Shown here in pieces: positions 47,413 through 56,607 of a stretch of 64,000 nt of DNA (within the stretch, counting starts at the first letter, position 1; every line of letters begins with the position of its first letter). Position numbers and translations under genes: made by a program. The stretch lies in IMG/VR virus record IMGVR_UViG_3300035660_000001, positions 1 to 64,000 of that record; one strand, 5' to 3'. The notes beneath the pieces were generated by a model, which was not told the origin of the DNA, ran no database searches, and saw nothing but the letters and a program-made list of their open reading frames with translations. The stretch comes from a virus.

Positions 47413-48291
47413 ATGGATAACTTGCTTCAAGCGGTCAAGAACGTAGCCTCCCAGGTGGGCCTGCAGTCTGCACGTGGTGGCGTAGACGATGACACCGCCC
47501 GGAGGTGGACGCATTCCTTCTACGCCCAGTTCGGCGGCATCACCTTCATAGTCATGAAGGACGAGAGCCCGTATGTGAAGATGGGCGATACCCTTACGGT
47601 CTCCACGGGCGGGGTTGTTCCGGAGGACATCACGGGGCCCAACAGCTACGTTTATCTTGAGCATGAGCTGGGGAGCGAAGAGCAGTGGGAGCAGTTTAAG
47701 ATCACGATCCCCGATCAGGAGAAATACTTCGCCCGCAAGACGGTCGGCAGGGATCAGTGGCAACTCCAATTCATAGCCGAGAACCTCAGTAAGGGAAAGT
47801 ATGTCATCGATGACGACCACCCCGACCGGATCAAACGGGAGTTCATCCAGTTTGTTGAGAGCATCGAAGAGCAGGACGACGATGACTTGGAGGACTCCCG
47901 GATCAGGCGTGGCCGGAGGCTGAACTCGGCCAGGGGTGACATTTGGCTGGACTCCGACGATGAGGTGAAGGCCCTCGGGAACTACGCTGAGGGATACGCC
48001 AAAGCCTTAACCGATCCGGAAATGGTCGATGCCATCAAGGATGCTTACGGCGAAGCCGTAGGCAAGCTTTCCGATGAGCTGATGCCTCCGTCGAAGGGTG
48101 ATATCGGATGGTCGGGTCTGGCCGACGTGTTCTACTATATCCTGAACCGTCAGACGGGAGGGGAGAATGGACAGCTCCGCAGGATCAAGGAGTTTCTCAA
48201 GGGTGAATTGGATGTCGCCAAGCAGATCGCCAAGAACCCGAGAAAAATGTTCGATGAAGCGGGCGGGATTATCAAGCCGAGGGGAGAATAG
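47413..48291 (+). CDS. putative two-domain cargo protein
   Basis: Leader MDNLLQAVKNVASQVGLQSARG; internal LNSARG. Confidence 0.72.
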   Translation: MDNLLQAVKNVASQVGLQSARGGVDDDTARRWTHSFYAQFGGITFIVMKDESPYVKMGDTLTVSTGGVVPEDITGPNSYVYLEHELGSEEQWEQFKITIPDQEKYFARKTVGRDQWQLQFIAENLSKGKYVIDDDHPDRIKREFIQFVESIEEQDDDDLEDSRIRRGRRLNSARGDIWLDSDDEVKALGNYAEGYAKALTDPEMVDAIKDAYGEAVGKLSDELMPPSKGDIGWSGLADVFYYILNRQTGGENGQLRRIKEFLKGELDVAKQIAKNPRKMFDEAGGIIKPRGE

Positions 48292-48294
48292 GTC

Positions 48295-48645
48295 GTGAAT
48301 AAGGAATTCAACGAAGCCTTCGGACGGTTGGAGCAGATTCTCTTCCCCGGAGTAGCCGCAGAGAAGAAGGGCGAGTTTCCTGGGGTGGACGTTACCGATC
48401 CGGTAGCTTCCGCTGTAGCCCCCGTCGAGACCAAGCAGGTCGTCCAGTCTGCCGGGGAGCCCTTGTTCATGTGCCAGGAGTGCGGGAAGAAGTTCTACAC
48501 GACAGCTTCTGCCGAGCGGGCGACGAATAACGGTTGCCCGAAGTGCGGGGGTGTGGATATTGACACCTACGTCAAGAGCTCGAAAATCGGGCCGATGAAC
48601 GATCTGGTGGCGTCTCTGCGGTCAATCGAAAGGAGCCTCAGATGA
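48295..48645 (+). CDS. zinc-ribbon protein in the cargo array
   Basis: VQSAG followed by CQEC..CPKC; ends in leader-like MNDLVASLRSIERSLR. Confidence 0.7.
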   Translation: MNKEFNEAFGRLEQILFPGVAAEKKGEFPGVDVTDPVASAVAPVETKQVVQSAGEPLFMCQECGKKFYTTASAERATNNGCPKCGGVDIDTYVKSSKIGPMNDLVASLRSIERSLR

Positions 48646-48911
48646 GAACCTTACTGGAAGCTATGCAGGCCGTCGAGACGGGACTAGTCTCCGCCCGGTC
48701 AACGGACACGTTGCGGGGAGACTTCGCCGTCCGGGCCGAGAAGTGCAAGGGCATCCTCGTCCAGGTCGACAAGCTCCTCGACCAGATTGAAAAGTATGAC
48801 CCCTACGGGGACATGATCGAGAACTTCGCCGATCCCGACGCGGACAGTAAGCGCGACCGGGTAACGACGAGGTTGATCGGCCAGATCAACGGAGACCTGG
48901 GACGTAAATGA
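48642..48911 (+). CDS. putative internal head (cargo) protein
   Basis: Leader MRTLLEAMQAVETGLVSAR. Confidence 0.72.
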   Translation: MRTLLEAMQAVETGLVSARSTDTLRGDFAVRAEKCKGILVQVDKLLDQIEKYDPYGDMIENFADPDADSKRDRVTTRLIGQINGDLGRK

Positions 48912-49264
48912 GAACCCTGCTGGAAGCAACCCGGGCGGTCGAGCGGGGTCTGGTGCTCTCGGCATTTCCGAGGCCCTCGGACTCGGAGCTACAGCGGAAG
49001 TGCGAGGAATATGCGAAGATGGCCGAACAGTTTCCAGAGTTTATGGACGAGGCTTACTTCGGGGAAGCCATCTTTAAATCCGAGCTGGGCAAGGATCACG
49101 ATGTGGCGATGGAGGTAGCGGAGATCTTCTGGTGGGCTCTCAGGGAAACGCCTCTAGGGAAGGGGCTCATGAGGAGAATAAACAGCCTTTCCAAGGAGAT
49201 GGCATCCTTCTGGCGGGATCTACAATCGAACGTCGCTAGCTGGCGGTCCAAGACAGGTCAATAA
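48908..49264 (+). CDS. putative internal head (cargo) protein
   Basis: Leader MRTLLEATRAVERGLVLSA. Confidence 0.72.
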   Translation: MRTLLEATRAVERGLVLSAFPRPSDSELQRKCEEYAKMAEQFPEFMDEAYFGEAIFKSELGKDHDVAMEVAEIFWWALRETPLGKGLMRRINSLSKEMASFWRDLQSNVASWRSKTGQ

Positions 49265-49272
49265 GGAGAATC

Positions 49273-50223
49273 ATGAATACCCTTTTGGAATCTTTGGACT
49301 CCCTCCGCAAGATGCTCGTCCTCTCGAGGTTTGAGGACGACCTGGAACCCGAAGAGGAAGATGTCTTCATCCAGGACACCCGGGGTGGCGGGACGGAAGC
49401 GAACCAGGGCGGGAAGACGATCGCTACCTTGGATGACGACTGGGACAAGTTCTACAAGGACATCCTGGGCTGGATGAATAAGAGCAAGTTCTGGCCGACC
49501 GTCTGGGTGGTCAGCGATCACGGGAACACGGAGGTCGACACCGACTTCATCACCTACTCGAGGAAGCACGGGGGGATGAGGGCCGCCGGGGTCGAAGGCA
49601 TCTACTCGAAGGTCGGGCCCACCGGCGACCTCGAGAGCCCTTCCTACCGGGAGGTCGACCATGAGTTCATGCGGATCGAAACCATGAGCATCCCAGCTCT
49701 CCGGACCCGTATCACGAAGATAGGGAAGCCGGAGAAGATGTATGCCTTTATCTACGCCCTCGAGAAGCAGGTCGACATCTACGGGGCAAATAGCCCGCAG
49801 GGTCAGGACTACAAAGAGCTGGCGGACTCAGCCCGGAACTACCTGAAGATCTGGGGCTACGACACGAGGGGCCGGGTCATGTCCGAGAAGCTCACCAACG
49901 CCGGGGAGGACCCGACGGCTACTCACAAGGAAGAGCTCTACACCCTGGCCGGGTTGATGACGGGGGCCGTCATGCCAGGCGATCTCCGGCAGGATATCCT
50001 CTCTGTGATCAAGGAGAAGGTGTGGCCGGAGATCGATGAGAAGGCCCGGATGATCAACAAGAGTAACCCGAAGGATTTGGCCCGGATAGCCGGAGACGCA
50101 TTCGAAGAGACGATGGGAGGAAGAACGTCGGCTTCCGGGGAGCTCGGCAACGCCCTTCGGTCCATCCAGGATGCCGTCGATGAAGTGTGGCATGCTCTCG
50201 CAAGAGAATGGGGGAAGAAGTGA
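49273..50223 (+). CDS. putative multi-domain cargo protein
   Basis: Leader MNTLLESLDSLRKMLVLSR; internal MRAAG and LTNAG. Confidence 0.72.
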   Translation: MNTLLESLDSLRKMLVLSRFEDDLEPEEEDVFIQDTRGGGTEANQGGKTIATLDDDWDKFYKDILGWMNKSKFWPTVWVVSDHGNTEVDTDFITYSRKHGGMRAAGVEGIYSKVGPTGDLESPSYREVDHEFMRIETMSIPALRTRITKIGKPEKMYAFIYALEKQVDIYGANSPQGQDYKELADSARNYLKIWGYDTRGRVMSEKLTNAGEDPTATHKEELYTLAGLMTGAVMPGDLRQDILSVIKEKVWPEIDEKARMINKSNPKDLARIAGDAFEETMGGRTSASGELGNALRSIQDAVDEVWHALAREWGKK

Positions 50224-50576
50224 TGGAGAATTTCAAAGAATCGGCTGACTGGCTGGGCGTTCTCTGCGGGGAGAGCGACGGGACGGAGATCGGGGACAAG
50301 CTGATGTCCGTCCGGGGTGGTGAGCCTGCGGCCTTTATGGACGACCAGGACCAGGAGAAGCTCGGAGAGACAATCAAGTGGGGCAAGGCCTCCGAGCAGT
50401 TCTTGGCGGAGCTGGCGAGCAACATCCGGTATGCCATAGCGTCCTACGATCCCAAGCACAAGTCGGAGATGGAGGATGTCGTGAGGCTTCTGCAGAAGGC
50501 CGCGACCGCTGGGGAGGAAATGTCGCATCAGGTCAAGAAGGCCGTGGAAATTCTCGAGAACAGGGACTGGGCTTAG
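50223..50576 (+). CDS. putative cargo protein, CGE-type leader
   Basis: MENFKESADWLGVLCGE. Confidence 0.65.
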   Translation: MENFKESADWLGVLCGESDGTEIGDKLMSVRGGEPAAFMDDQDQEKLGETIKWGKASEQFLAELASNIRYAIASYDPKHKSEMEDVVRLLQKAATAGEEMSHQVKKAVEILENRDWA

Positions 50577-50584
50577 GAGGGATC

Positions 50585-50887
50585 ATGAGAGATCAGGTGA
50601 TCAAAGCCCTGCAGGCGCTCGAGGCCACGATGAAGAAGGAGAGCAACATCATCGAATGGGTTTCCACTACCCTGCACAATGATGAGGCGTCATCGGATTC
50701 CGAGATGGCAGACCATTTCAAGAAAGAAGGTAAGGTCTCCAACGAGACGGCCTGGGATTTTGTCAGGCTCCGACAGAAGGCACTGAAGGGCCGCGATGTC
50801 ACTTCCGAGATCGCACAGATCCTCGAGAGGGGGGGGTTGGCCGATGGGGAGCTCTCGAGAGGGGAAGCCGTTGGAGAGTGGTCTTAG
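50585..50887 (+). CDS. putative cargo protein
   Basis: AGGAGG SD; MRDQVIKALQALEATM. Confidence 0.65.
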   Translation: MRDQVIKALQALEATMKKESNIIEWVSTTLHNDEASSDSEMADHFKKEGKVSNETAWDFVRLRQKALKGRDVTSEIAQILERGGLADGELSRGEAVGEWS

Positions 50888-51083
50888 GAACACGAAGGTT
50901 CTCATGAAGACCCTGATGGACGATCGGAGCAAGCCGAACCTGCAGTATGTGGAGGAGACCCTTTCAGACGGATCGAAGGCCTATAATATCATCGTCGGGG
51001 CTTTTGAATATGCCGCCAAAGACCGGGACGATGCGGATGCGGTCTACGAGGCGATCTACACCGCCGTGGGCGAGAAAGGATAG
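50844..51083 (+). CDS. hypothetical protein (separate gene or frameshifted continuation of 50585)
   Basis: PLESG...VEETLSDGSKAYNII; follows a G8 run. Confidence 0.5.
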   Translation: MGSSREGKPLESGLRNTKVLMKTLMDDRSKPNLQYVEETLSDGSKAYNIIVGAFEYAAKDRDDADAVYEAIYTAVGEKG

Positions 51084-51084
51084 C

Positions 51085-51459
51085 ATGAGCCAAGAGAATA
51101 AAGCCGTTTTAATCCTTGCCGAGCTTTGCGGAGAACCGATCGCGTCCGCAGGGCCCCGGGTCTTGGGCTACAAAGGCGTGGATCCCGCCGTCCTTCAGAA
51201 GACTGCCCTTCAGATAGCGAACGGGGGCGTTCTGGGTGATTCCCGGAAGCTCTTCGAGTATGTGCTGAAGTTCGTCAAGGATGCGGTCGGCCATTCCGGG
51301 GATGCCAAAGCCACTGCCGAGATCAATGACGTGCTCTTCCAGTACCTGCGGGACAATTCCGACTGCAAAGAGGGCATGGGATTGATCACGAATAAATTGC
51401 AGGAGGTCGTCCGTGAGATCGCAGAGAGCGACGACCCATTCGGTTTAAAGGGGACGTGA
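51085..51459 (+). CDS. putative cargo protein, CGE-type leader
   Basis: MSQENKAVLILAELCGEPIASAG. Confidence 0.7.
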   Translation: MSQENKAVLILAELCGEPIASAGPRVLGYKGVDPAVLQKTALQIANGGVLGDSRKLFEYVLKFVKDAVGHSGDAKATAEINDVLFQYLRDNSDCKEGMGLITNKLQEVVREIAESDDPFGLKGT

Positions 51460-52085
51460 GAGACTTGCTCGAAGCTGTTCGAACCCTATCCAGCGGGATC
51501 TTCCTGGGGCTCTATCTCGATCCCAACCGGGAGAAGGAGTTTCAGGACCTCGAGCCGTCTACGCAGTTTATGATGATGGAGCTCTTCCGAAGGGATCGGG
51601 TCTACGGGGACTACGATCGGAACGTGAAGCCGGACTTCCGGAGCCGCTTGTCGGACTACGGGATCCAATGCGAGGACGTCCTCTGGGTGAGCCCGAAGAT
51701 GAGCTGGAAGGATGAAGAGGGAGACAGCCCGGACTACTACTTCAGGCCCGAGCGCCTCGTTCTCAAGAACGCAGTGGTCAAGGACGTCAGGCTCTTTCTC
51801 AAGGAGGCCGGGGCGAATCCGAACGATCCAGAGGTCCAGAAAGCACTGAACGATCGTCGGTCTCCGGTGAGCATCTCATTCTCGACCCGGGGCTACGCCT
51901 GTGTTCCCCCGACGATCGGCGGGGCCGACCTGACGGAATTCATCCAGGGGGTCGTAGAGGAACTGCTCGGGACCCTGCAGGACGAGTACGGGGATATGAT
52001 TGCCAACAACGACGTGGCCGATATTCTGGTGGACGGGGATACCTGGAAACAATACGCCCGGCAGGTGGGGTTGAAGGCCGCATGA
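51456..52085 (+). CDS. putative internal head (cargo) protein
   Basis: Leader MRDLLEAVRTLSSG. Confidence 0.7.
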   Translation: MRDLLEAVRTLSSGIFLGLYLDPNREKEFQDLEPSTQFMMMELFRRDRVYGDYDRNVKPDFRSRLSDYGIQCEDVLWVSPKMSWKDEEGDSPDYYFRPERLVLKNAVVKDVRLFLKEAGANPNDPEVQKALNDRRSPVSISFSTRGYACVPPTIGGADLTEFIQGVVEELLGTLQDEYGDMIANNDVADILVDGDTWKQYARQVGLKAA

Positions 52086-52264
52086 AGGAATTATTGAACG
52101 CCATTACCGATCTCTCGCAGAATCTCAAGCTCGTGAACGTCTCCCCTCCGGGCTGGGGCGGGACCGTCCGGGCGATGAAGAAGCATAAGGACATCGACAA
52201 TCCCTTCGCCCTCGGCTGGTGGATGAAGAACCGGGGCGACAAACCGCACCACAAGGAGGACTGA
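52082..52264 (+). CDS. small putative cargo protein
   Basis: Leader MKELLNAITDL followed by SPPGWGGTVRAMKKH..IDNPFAL. Confidence 0.7.
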   Translation: MKELLNAITDLSQNLKLVNVSPPGWGGTVRAMKKHKDIDNPFALGWWMKNRGDKPHHKED

Positions 52265-52265
52265 C

Positions 52266-52550
52266 ATGAAAAAGGAAACTCGAGCCGTTCAGCTTCTGTC
52301 AGAACTTTGTGGCGAGGGTCAACCCTTGTCGAGCGTCCGGATGGGCAAGGTCGAGTTCGAAGCCTCGCCGGACAACAAGACCGTCGACATTATTTCCCGA
52401 TTTATCAAGGAACTCACCCAATACGGCTGGGTCATTGTAGATGGGGTCGTGCAGGATGCCGGAACGACGACCCTCGGTCATGATGGCACGAAGCGCGCCG
52501 TGCTGGGGATCACCATCAGCATTGTCAGGCCGAGCGATACCACGATTTAA
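52266..52550 (+). CDS. putative cargo protein, CGE-type leader
   Basis: MKKETRAVQLLSELCGE. Confidence 0.7.
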   Translation: MKKETRAVQLLSELCGEGQPLSSVRMGKVEFEASPDNKTVDIISRFIKELTQYGWVIVDGVVQDAGTTTLGHDGTKRAVLGITISIVRPSDTTI

Positions 52551-52564
52551 AGGAGGATAGTGAC

Positions 52565-53005
52565 ATGAATAGAGAAACTCGTGCCGTCCAGCTTCTGTCC
52601 TCGATGTGCGGGGAGCCGCTCCTTGACGCCCGGGGGACGTCGGTCTGGGATGTCAAGAACAAGCTCTCCACGAGGGACTTCCTGAAGGCTGGCCGTTACA
52701 TCTCGGGAGGGTTCGGATTTTGGGCCCATTCTGCTCTCGCTACGAACCCCGAGCTGGCCGATGCGTGGATCGAAGCCCTCCGGCAGAAGGGCTACTCCGA
52801 TCTCGAGATCGTTCTCTACGGGGACTTCAAGGACGGAAGGATGATCGGGGACGAGCTGGAACCCGACGACATGACCAAAGAGAAGGCTATCCAGATCATC
52901 AAGAAGCGGTCGATCAGCCCGAAGGAAGTTCGTCGGATCGCAGAGGGCGAGGGAACTTACCAGAACGCTCTCGAGGATCCCGACTTCACGAAGTTCTTCG
53001 TGTAG
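52565..53005 (+). CDS. putative cargo protein, CGE-type leader
   Basis: MNRETRAVQLLSSMCGEPLLDAR. Confidence 0.7.
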   Translation: MNRETRAVQLLSSMCGEPLLDARGTSVWDVKNKLSTRDFLKAGRYISGGFGFWAHSALATNPELADAWIEALRQKGYSDLEIVLYGDFKDGRMIGDELEPDDMTKEKAIQIIKKRSISPKEVRRIAEGEGTYQNALEDPDFTKFFV

Positions 53006-53008
53006 ACC

Positions 53009-53440
53009 ATGAGAGCCTTACTCGAATCCATCCGATCCCTTGCCGGGCTCTTCTCGGTAGGACAGGGTTCGGCTGGGAGAGTCAGGACGCCGGACGACCT
53101 CGGGGAGTCCCCGTTCTACGCCCGGCTGAAGGATACGCCACAGCGGGACAAGAAGCTGGCGACCGATCTCATGAAGATCGACGAGGACATCTGGCGGAGC
53201 AAGGGTTGGGATGACGCCTCGGGTCCCTGGGGGAACTGGGATGACTACAAAGAGAATGTCGAGGTTGCCGTCCGGAGGATCGGGATCCGACCGGGCACTC
53301 TCTCGGAGCGGGTGTGGGAGATCCTCGAGAACGAGAACTACCATTCGATCAACGGGGCCCTCGATGACCTCGCGATGTATAAGGTCAAGCACTACACTGA
53401 CGCCCAGATCAAGAAGCTGTTTCGGAGCAAATCCCAATGA
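53009..53440 (+). CDS. putative internal head (cargo) protein
   Basis: Leader MRALLESIRSLAGL..GSAG. Confidence 0.7.
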   Translation: MRALLESIRSLAGLFSVGQGSAGRVRTPDDLGESPFYARLKDTPQRDKKLATDLMKIDEDIWRSKGWDDASGPWGNWDDYKENVEVAVRRIGIRPGTLSERVWEILENENYHSINGALDDLAMYKVKHYTDAQIKKLFRSKSQ

Positions 53441-53449
53441 GGGGGTGCT

Positions 53450-53725
53450 ATGGACATAACACCGGAGGAAGCAAGGGTCGTTCAGAAGGTCGAGCATTAC
53501 CTTCGGGGTATCGACTATCACAACATCGTGGGGATGCTCTCCGGAGGGATTTCCAACGATCTCAGGTTCGCCGGGGTTGATCAGAAGGTGAGCGCGAAAT
53601 TATCCCATCGGTTGGTAGCACTTATAGACGTGCAGTACCTGGAAGGGACCCGGCAGAAGCTCCATGATCTGTCGAATAACCAGGCCCTGCTTCTGGACCT
53701 CGTTCGGGCCTCAATGACGGCATAG
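53450..53725 (+). CDS. hypothetical protein (no obvious leader)
   Basis: 91 aa ORF within the array. Confidence 0.6.
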   Translation: MDITPEEARVVQKVEHYLRGIDYHNIVGMLSGGISNDLRFAGVDQKVSAKLSHRLVALIDVQYLEGTRQKLHDLSNNQALLLDLVRASMTA

Positions 53726-53733
53726 GAGGACTT

Positions 53734-54051
53734 ATGAAGGAACTTCTCTTGGCGGTAACCTCGATTGATCAGATGGTTGGAGGGGCAAGGTTTCTCGGGT
53801 ATCCCGTGAAGGAGAAGCCGGTCCAGAGTGCCGTGGACGTTAACTCTATCTTGCGGTGGCTCGCCTCTCCCGACTCCGTGAAGATATGGATCGCCTCGGG
53901 GATCGGCTATCATCTCGAGGGCGTGGATGAGCTCCGTGGAAAGTCGAGACGGATCGGGGATCGGGTTGCAGAGAAGATTCCCCGTTCGGACATCCAGGCG
54001 ATTGCCGATGCCGTGAAGGACATACTACCCGATGTGATAGAAAGGGTGTAG
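53734..54051 (+). CDS. putative internal head (cargo) protein
   Basis: Leader MKELLLAVTSIDQMVGGAR; VQSA. Confidence 0.7.
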   Translation: MKELLLAVTSIDQMVGGARFLGYPVKEKPVQSAVDVNSILRWLASPDSVKIWIASGIGYHLEGVDELRGKSRRIGDRVAEKIPRSDIQAIADAVKDILPDVIERV

Positions 54052-54054
54052 AGG

Positions 54055-54672
54055 ATGAGATACTGGAAGAAGAATCCGAAATACGGTCAGATCTCCTGCG
54101 GGGGAAACATGTTCAGCTCCGGCTCGGTCATCGAAGGTGACCACTGGGCGATCTACGCCGCTCCCCCGGACGACCGTTTAATAGAGTGCGACGCTGGCGG
54201 TAATCCCTTATCGGCACCACCTCCACTTCCTGTGCTACATGCGCCGGTGTCCGACGCGCCGGTGCCTGGTCCAGCCGAAGGGATAATCTCCTCTGTGGCG
54301 TCGCCTGCCTCTCAGCCAGCGCCTCCGGAACCGGCTCCCGCCATGTCGCCTGCGCCCGAACCTCCGCAGGAAGCTGTTTTAGGAGTCGGGGATGGTCTTC
54401 AGTCGGAGACGACTGAGGCTGTGGAAGTACCTCTCCACACGATCGCCCCGGAGGCGCTCAAGGCTGAGGGCGAAAAGCCGCCCAAGGCGGGTCAACCCGA
54501 GCGGGAGGGGTCTGTGGCCGGATCGGAGGCCAAAGCCCCACCTGAAGCCCCTGGCGAAGCCCAGGGGGGCAAGAAGGAGGCATCCAAGCCCTCCAAACCC
54601 GGGTCGAAGCCCGTCCAGGTAGCATCCAAGACCCCCGGCAAGAAGGGCGGGCGGGGAACGGCGTATGTCTAA
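54055..54672 (+). CDS. Pro/Ala/Glu-rich low-complexity protein
   Basis: Short folded-looking N-terminus and a long low-complexity tail. Confidence 0.65.
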   Translation: MRYWKKNPKYGQISCGGNMFSSGSVIEGDHWAIYAAPPDDRLIECDAGGNPLSAPPPLPVLHAPVSDAPVPGPAEGIISSVASPASQPAPPEPAPAMSPAPEPPQEAVLGVGDGLQSETTEAVEVPLHTIAPEALKAEGEKPPKAGQPEREGSVAGSEAKAPPEAPGEAQGGKKEASKPSKPGSKPVQVASKTPGKKGGRGTAYV

Positions 54673-54681
54673 CCTCCGCAT

Positions 54682-55407
54682 GTGCCTGCGGACATGACCG
54701 AAGCCGAACTCAAAGCGGAAGTTTTCACCAACCTCGGGTTCGGGACGAAAGTCCAGGTCGAGCTCGAGGACGATCACTGGGCGGCCGCTTTGCAGAACAG
54801 CCTGCGCTGGTTTAACTCGAGACTGGGGTCGGAGGTCCTGGCTCGGGAGATCCCGGTTACAAGCTGGGAGTATGAAGAGCATGTCCTGCCGAGCGGGACG
54901 ATCGGGGTGAGCGAAGTATACGCCGGGCTGGATTACCTCGGTCAATTCTCGTTTGATATGCCCGGGTTTGTCCTCTGGCAGGTGGGGCACGACTACCGGA
55001 GGTTGGGGCATCGGTTTTCCGCTCTCGTTCTCTACCTTCAGCACTCGGAGACGCTCGGACGGATTGCCGGAGGCTACGGATGGGAGTATGAGCCTGGGAC
55101 CAGGATTCTGCGGACGTGGAAGCTCCCGCAGACGATCAGCTCTCTTTTCTACGATGCCTGGGTCGTAGCCAACAAGATCGAGGATGTTCAGGCCGTGGCG
55201 GATATCGATCTCATCGTTCGGAGGGTGACGGCACGATGTAAGCAGACGCTTGGAAGGATCAGGGGGAAGTATAAGCAGTATCCCGGACCCGGCGGTCCGG
55301 TCGAGATGGACGCCGACAAGCTGTTGGATGAAGCCGCTGAGGAGATCAAAGAGACGGATGAGTATATCCTGAGTAGGGCTTCGCAAATCCCGTTCGTGAC
55401 GGGTTAA
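54682..55407 (+). CDS. neck / head-tail adaptor protein (T4 gp13-like)
   Basis: LGFGTKVQVELEDDH..; A.CKQTLGRIRGKY..PGPGG.V.MD...L.EA.EE. Confidence 0.85.
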   Translation: MPADMTEAELKAEVFTNLGFGTKVQVELEDDHWAAALQNSLRWFNSRLGSEVLAREIPVTSWEYEEHVLPSGTIGVSEVYAGLDYLGQFSFDMPGFVLWQVGHDYRRLGHRFSALVLYLQHSETLGRIAGGYGWEYEPGTRILRTWKLPQTISSLFYDAWVVANKIEDVQAVADIDLIVRRVTARCKQTLGRIRGKYKQYPGPGGPVEMDADKLLDEAAEEIKETDEYILSRASQIPFVTG

Positions 55408-55434
55408 CGTTTAACGCTAGAGGAGGAATCTAAA

Positions 55435-55779
55435 ATGACGTTCGCAGTGACGCAGGGTCAGATCAAAGAGCATTACGCCCCGGGCGGCGCGTATCAGGCC
55501 GTCCACACCGCCGAGGAGACGTTGGACTTCAGGCTCGGCGACCTCGTTCCGGCTGTCAAGGAGTACCTGGCGCCGGACGACTTGTCCGCCGTGGCAAACC
55601 TGGCCGCTCTCCTGGTGGCGATCGACGCCACCGTGACGGGCGCTCTCAAGACGTACCTGGACGCCGTCATCGCCGCTCAGATGCCGATCATGTTCTCGGG
55701 GCGGGACGGCTTCGCCGGGACGATGTCCTTCGTGATCGCCATTCTGATCATGTCGGGCTACTACCTCAACATCACCTAA
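55435..55779 (+). CDS. hypothetical protein (possibly structural)
   Basis: GAGGAGG SD; strongly GC3-biased codons. Confidence 0.7.
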   Translation: MTFAVTQGQIKEHYAPGGAYQAVHTAEETLDFRLGDLVPAVKEYLAPDDLSAVANLAALLVAIDATVTGALKTYLDAVIAAQMPIMFSGRDGFAGTMSFVIAILIMSGYYLNIT

Positions 55780-55806
55780 ACTGTTTCGGGGCGGGGGGTC
55801 TTCTTC

Positions 55807-56607
55807 ATGGTTTCCATTGCTCCGGCTCTCACCTCCCTTCGAGAGCTCCTTGAAACCCCGGCCAAGCTCCCCGCCCCCGCAGTTAGGTTCGTCGACAAGG
55901 CTGATGAGGTAGGGCACAAGCCAGCAGATGAAGATCTGCCGGGAATTGGTTTCGGGGTTAGAGCTCGAAGGGGAGGTGGAAGCGGTGTTGGAGATAGAGG
56001 AGGTGGGGTCGAGAGCATGAAGGAGTTAATGGCGGACATCCTGGGCGTTCTAGACACGATCAAACAGCGTCCCCATGCCATGAGGGTGACGGACGATGAG
56101 AAGCTCGAGAACCTCGTGACGAGGGATGCCTTCGGGAATCGCCTGCGTGGTCAGGATCAGTATATGGTCCGGCTTATCGGGCGGGGGCTGTGGCTTACCC
56201 CGAAGGGGCCGGGTAACTACACGGAGGATCCCGAGGACGCCTATCTCATGACTGGCTTCGAGGCCGAGCGATACATTCGGGGGAATTCCAACCTGGAAGC
56301 GATCTCCTACGAATCCTACGAGAAGCGGGGCTTGCGGTCGGATCGTCTGGATCCGAGGGATTCAGAAGGAACGCCTTTGAGGGAGGGTGATTACATCATT
56401 CGGAAGGCAGGCTCTTTCGGTCCAAGCAAGAGGACGGGGTTTGGTCTCCGGGCCGACAATGTTTATGCGGTGAAGAGCCTTTACGAAATGTCTGGGATAA
56501 CCTACGTTAATGCGTGGCCCATTACTCCTGGCCGGACGAAGACCGTTAACCCGGCTGTGATGTTCACCAAGATCACCGATGATGAAGTCCGGGCTTTGGA
56601 GAAATAA
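55807..56607 (+). CDS. putative cargo protein (second leader-like start at 56017)
   Basis: Internal MKELMADILGVLDTI. Confidence 0.6.
   Translation: MVSIAPALTSLRELLETPAKLPAPAVRFVDKADEVGHKPADEDLPGIGFGVRARRGGGSGVGDRGGGVESMKELMADILGVLDTIKQRPHAMRVTDDEKLENLVTRDAFGNRLRGQDQYMVRLIGRGLWLTPKGPGNYTEDPEDAYLMTGFEAERYIRGNSNLEAISYESYEKRGLRSDRLDPRDSEGTPLREGDYIIRKAGSFGPSKRTGFGLRADNVYAVKSLYEMSGITYVNAWPITPGRTKTVNPAVMFTKITDDEVRALEK

Noticed and set aside
22783-55415. CGTTTAAC just upstream of SD sites near 22783, 40553 and 55408 as a late promoter
   Set aside because: Only three short copies were noticed, at or next to stop codons, which is not enough support without a genome-wide count.
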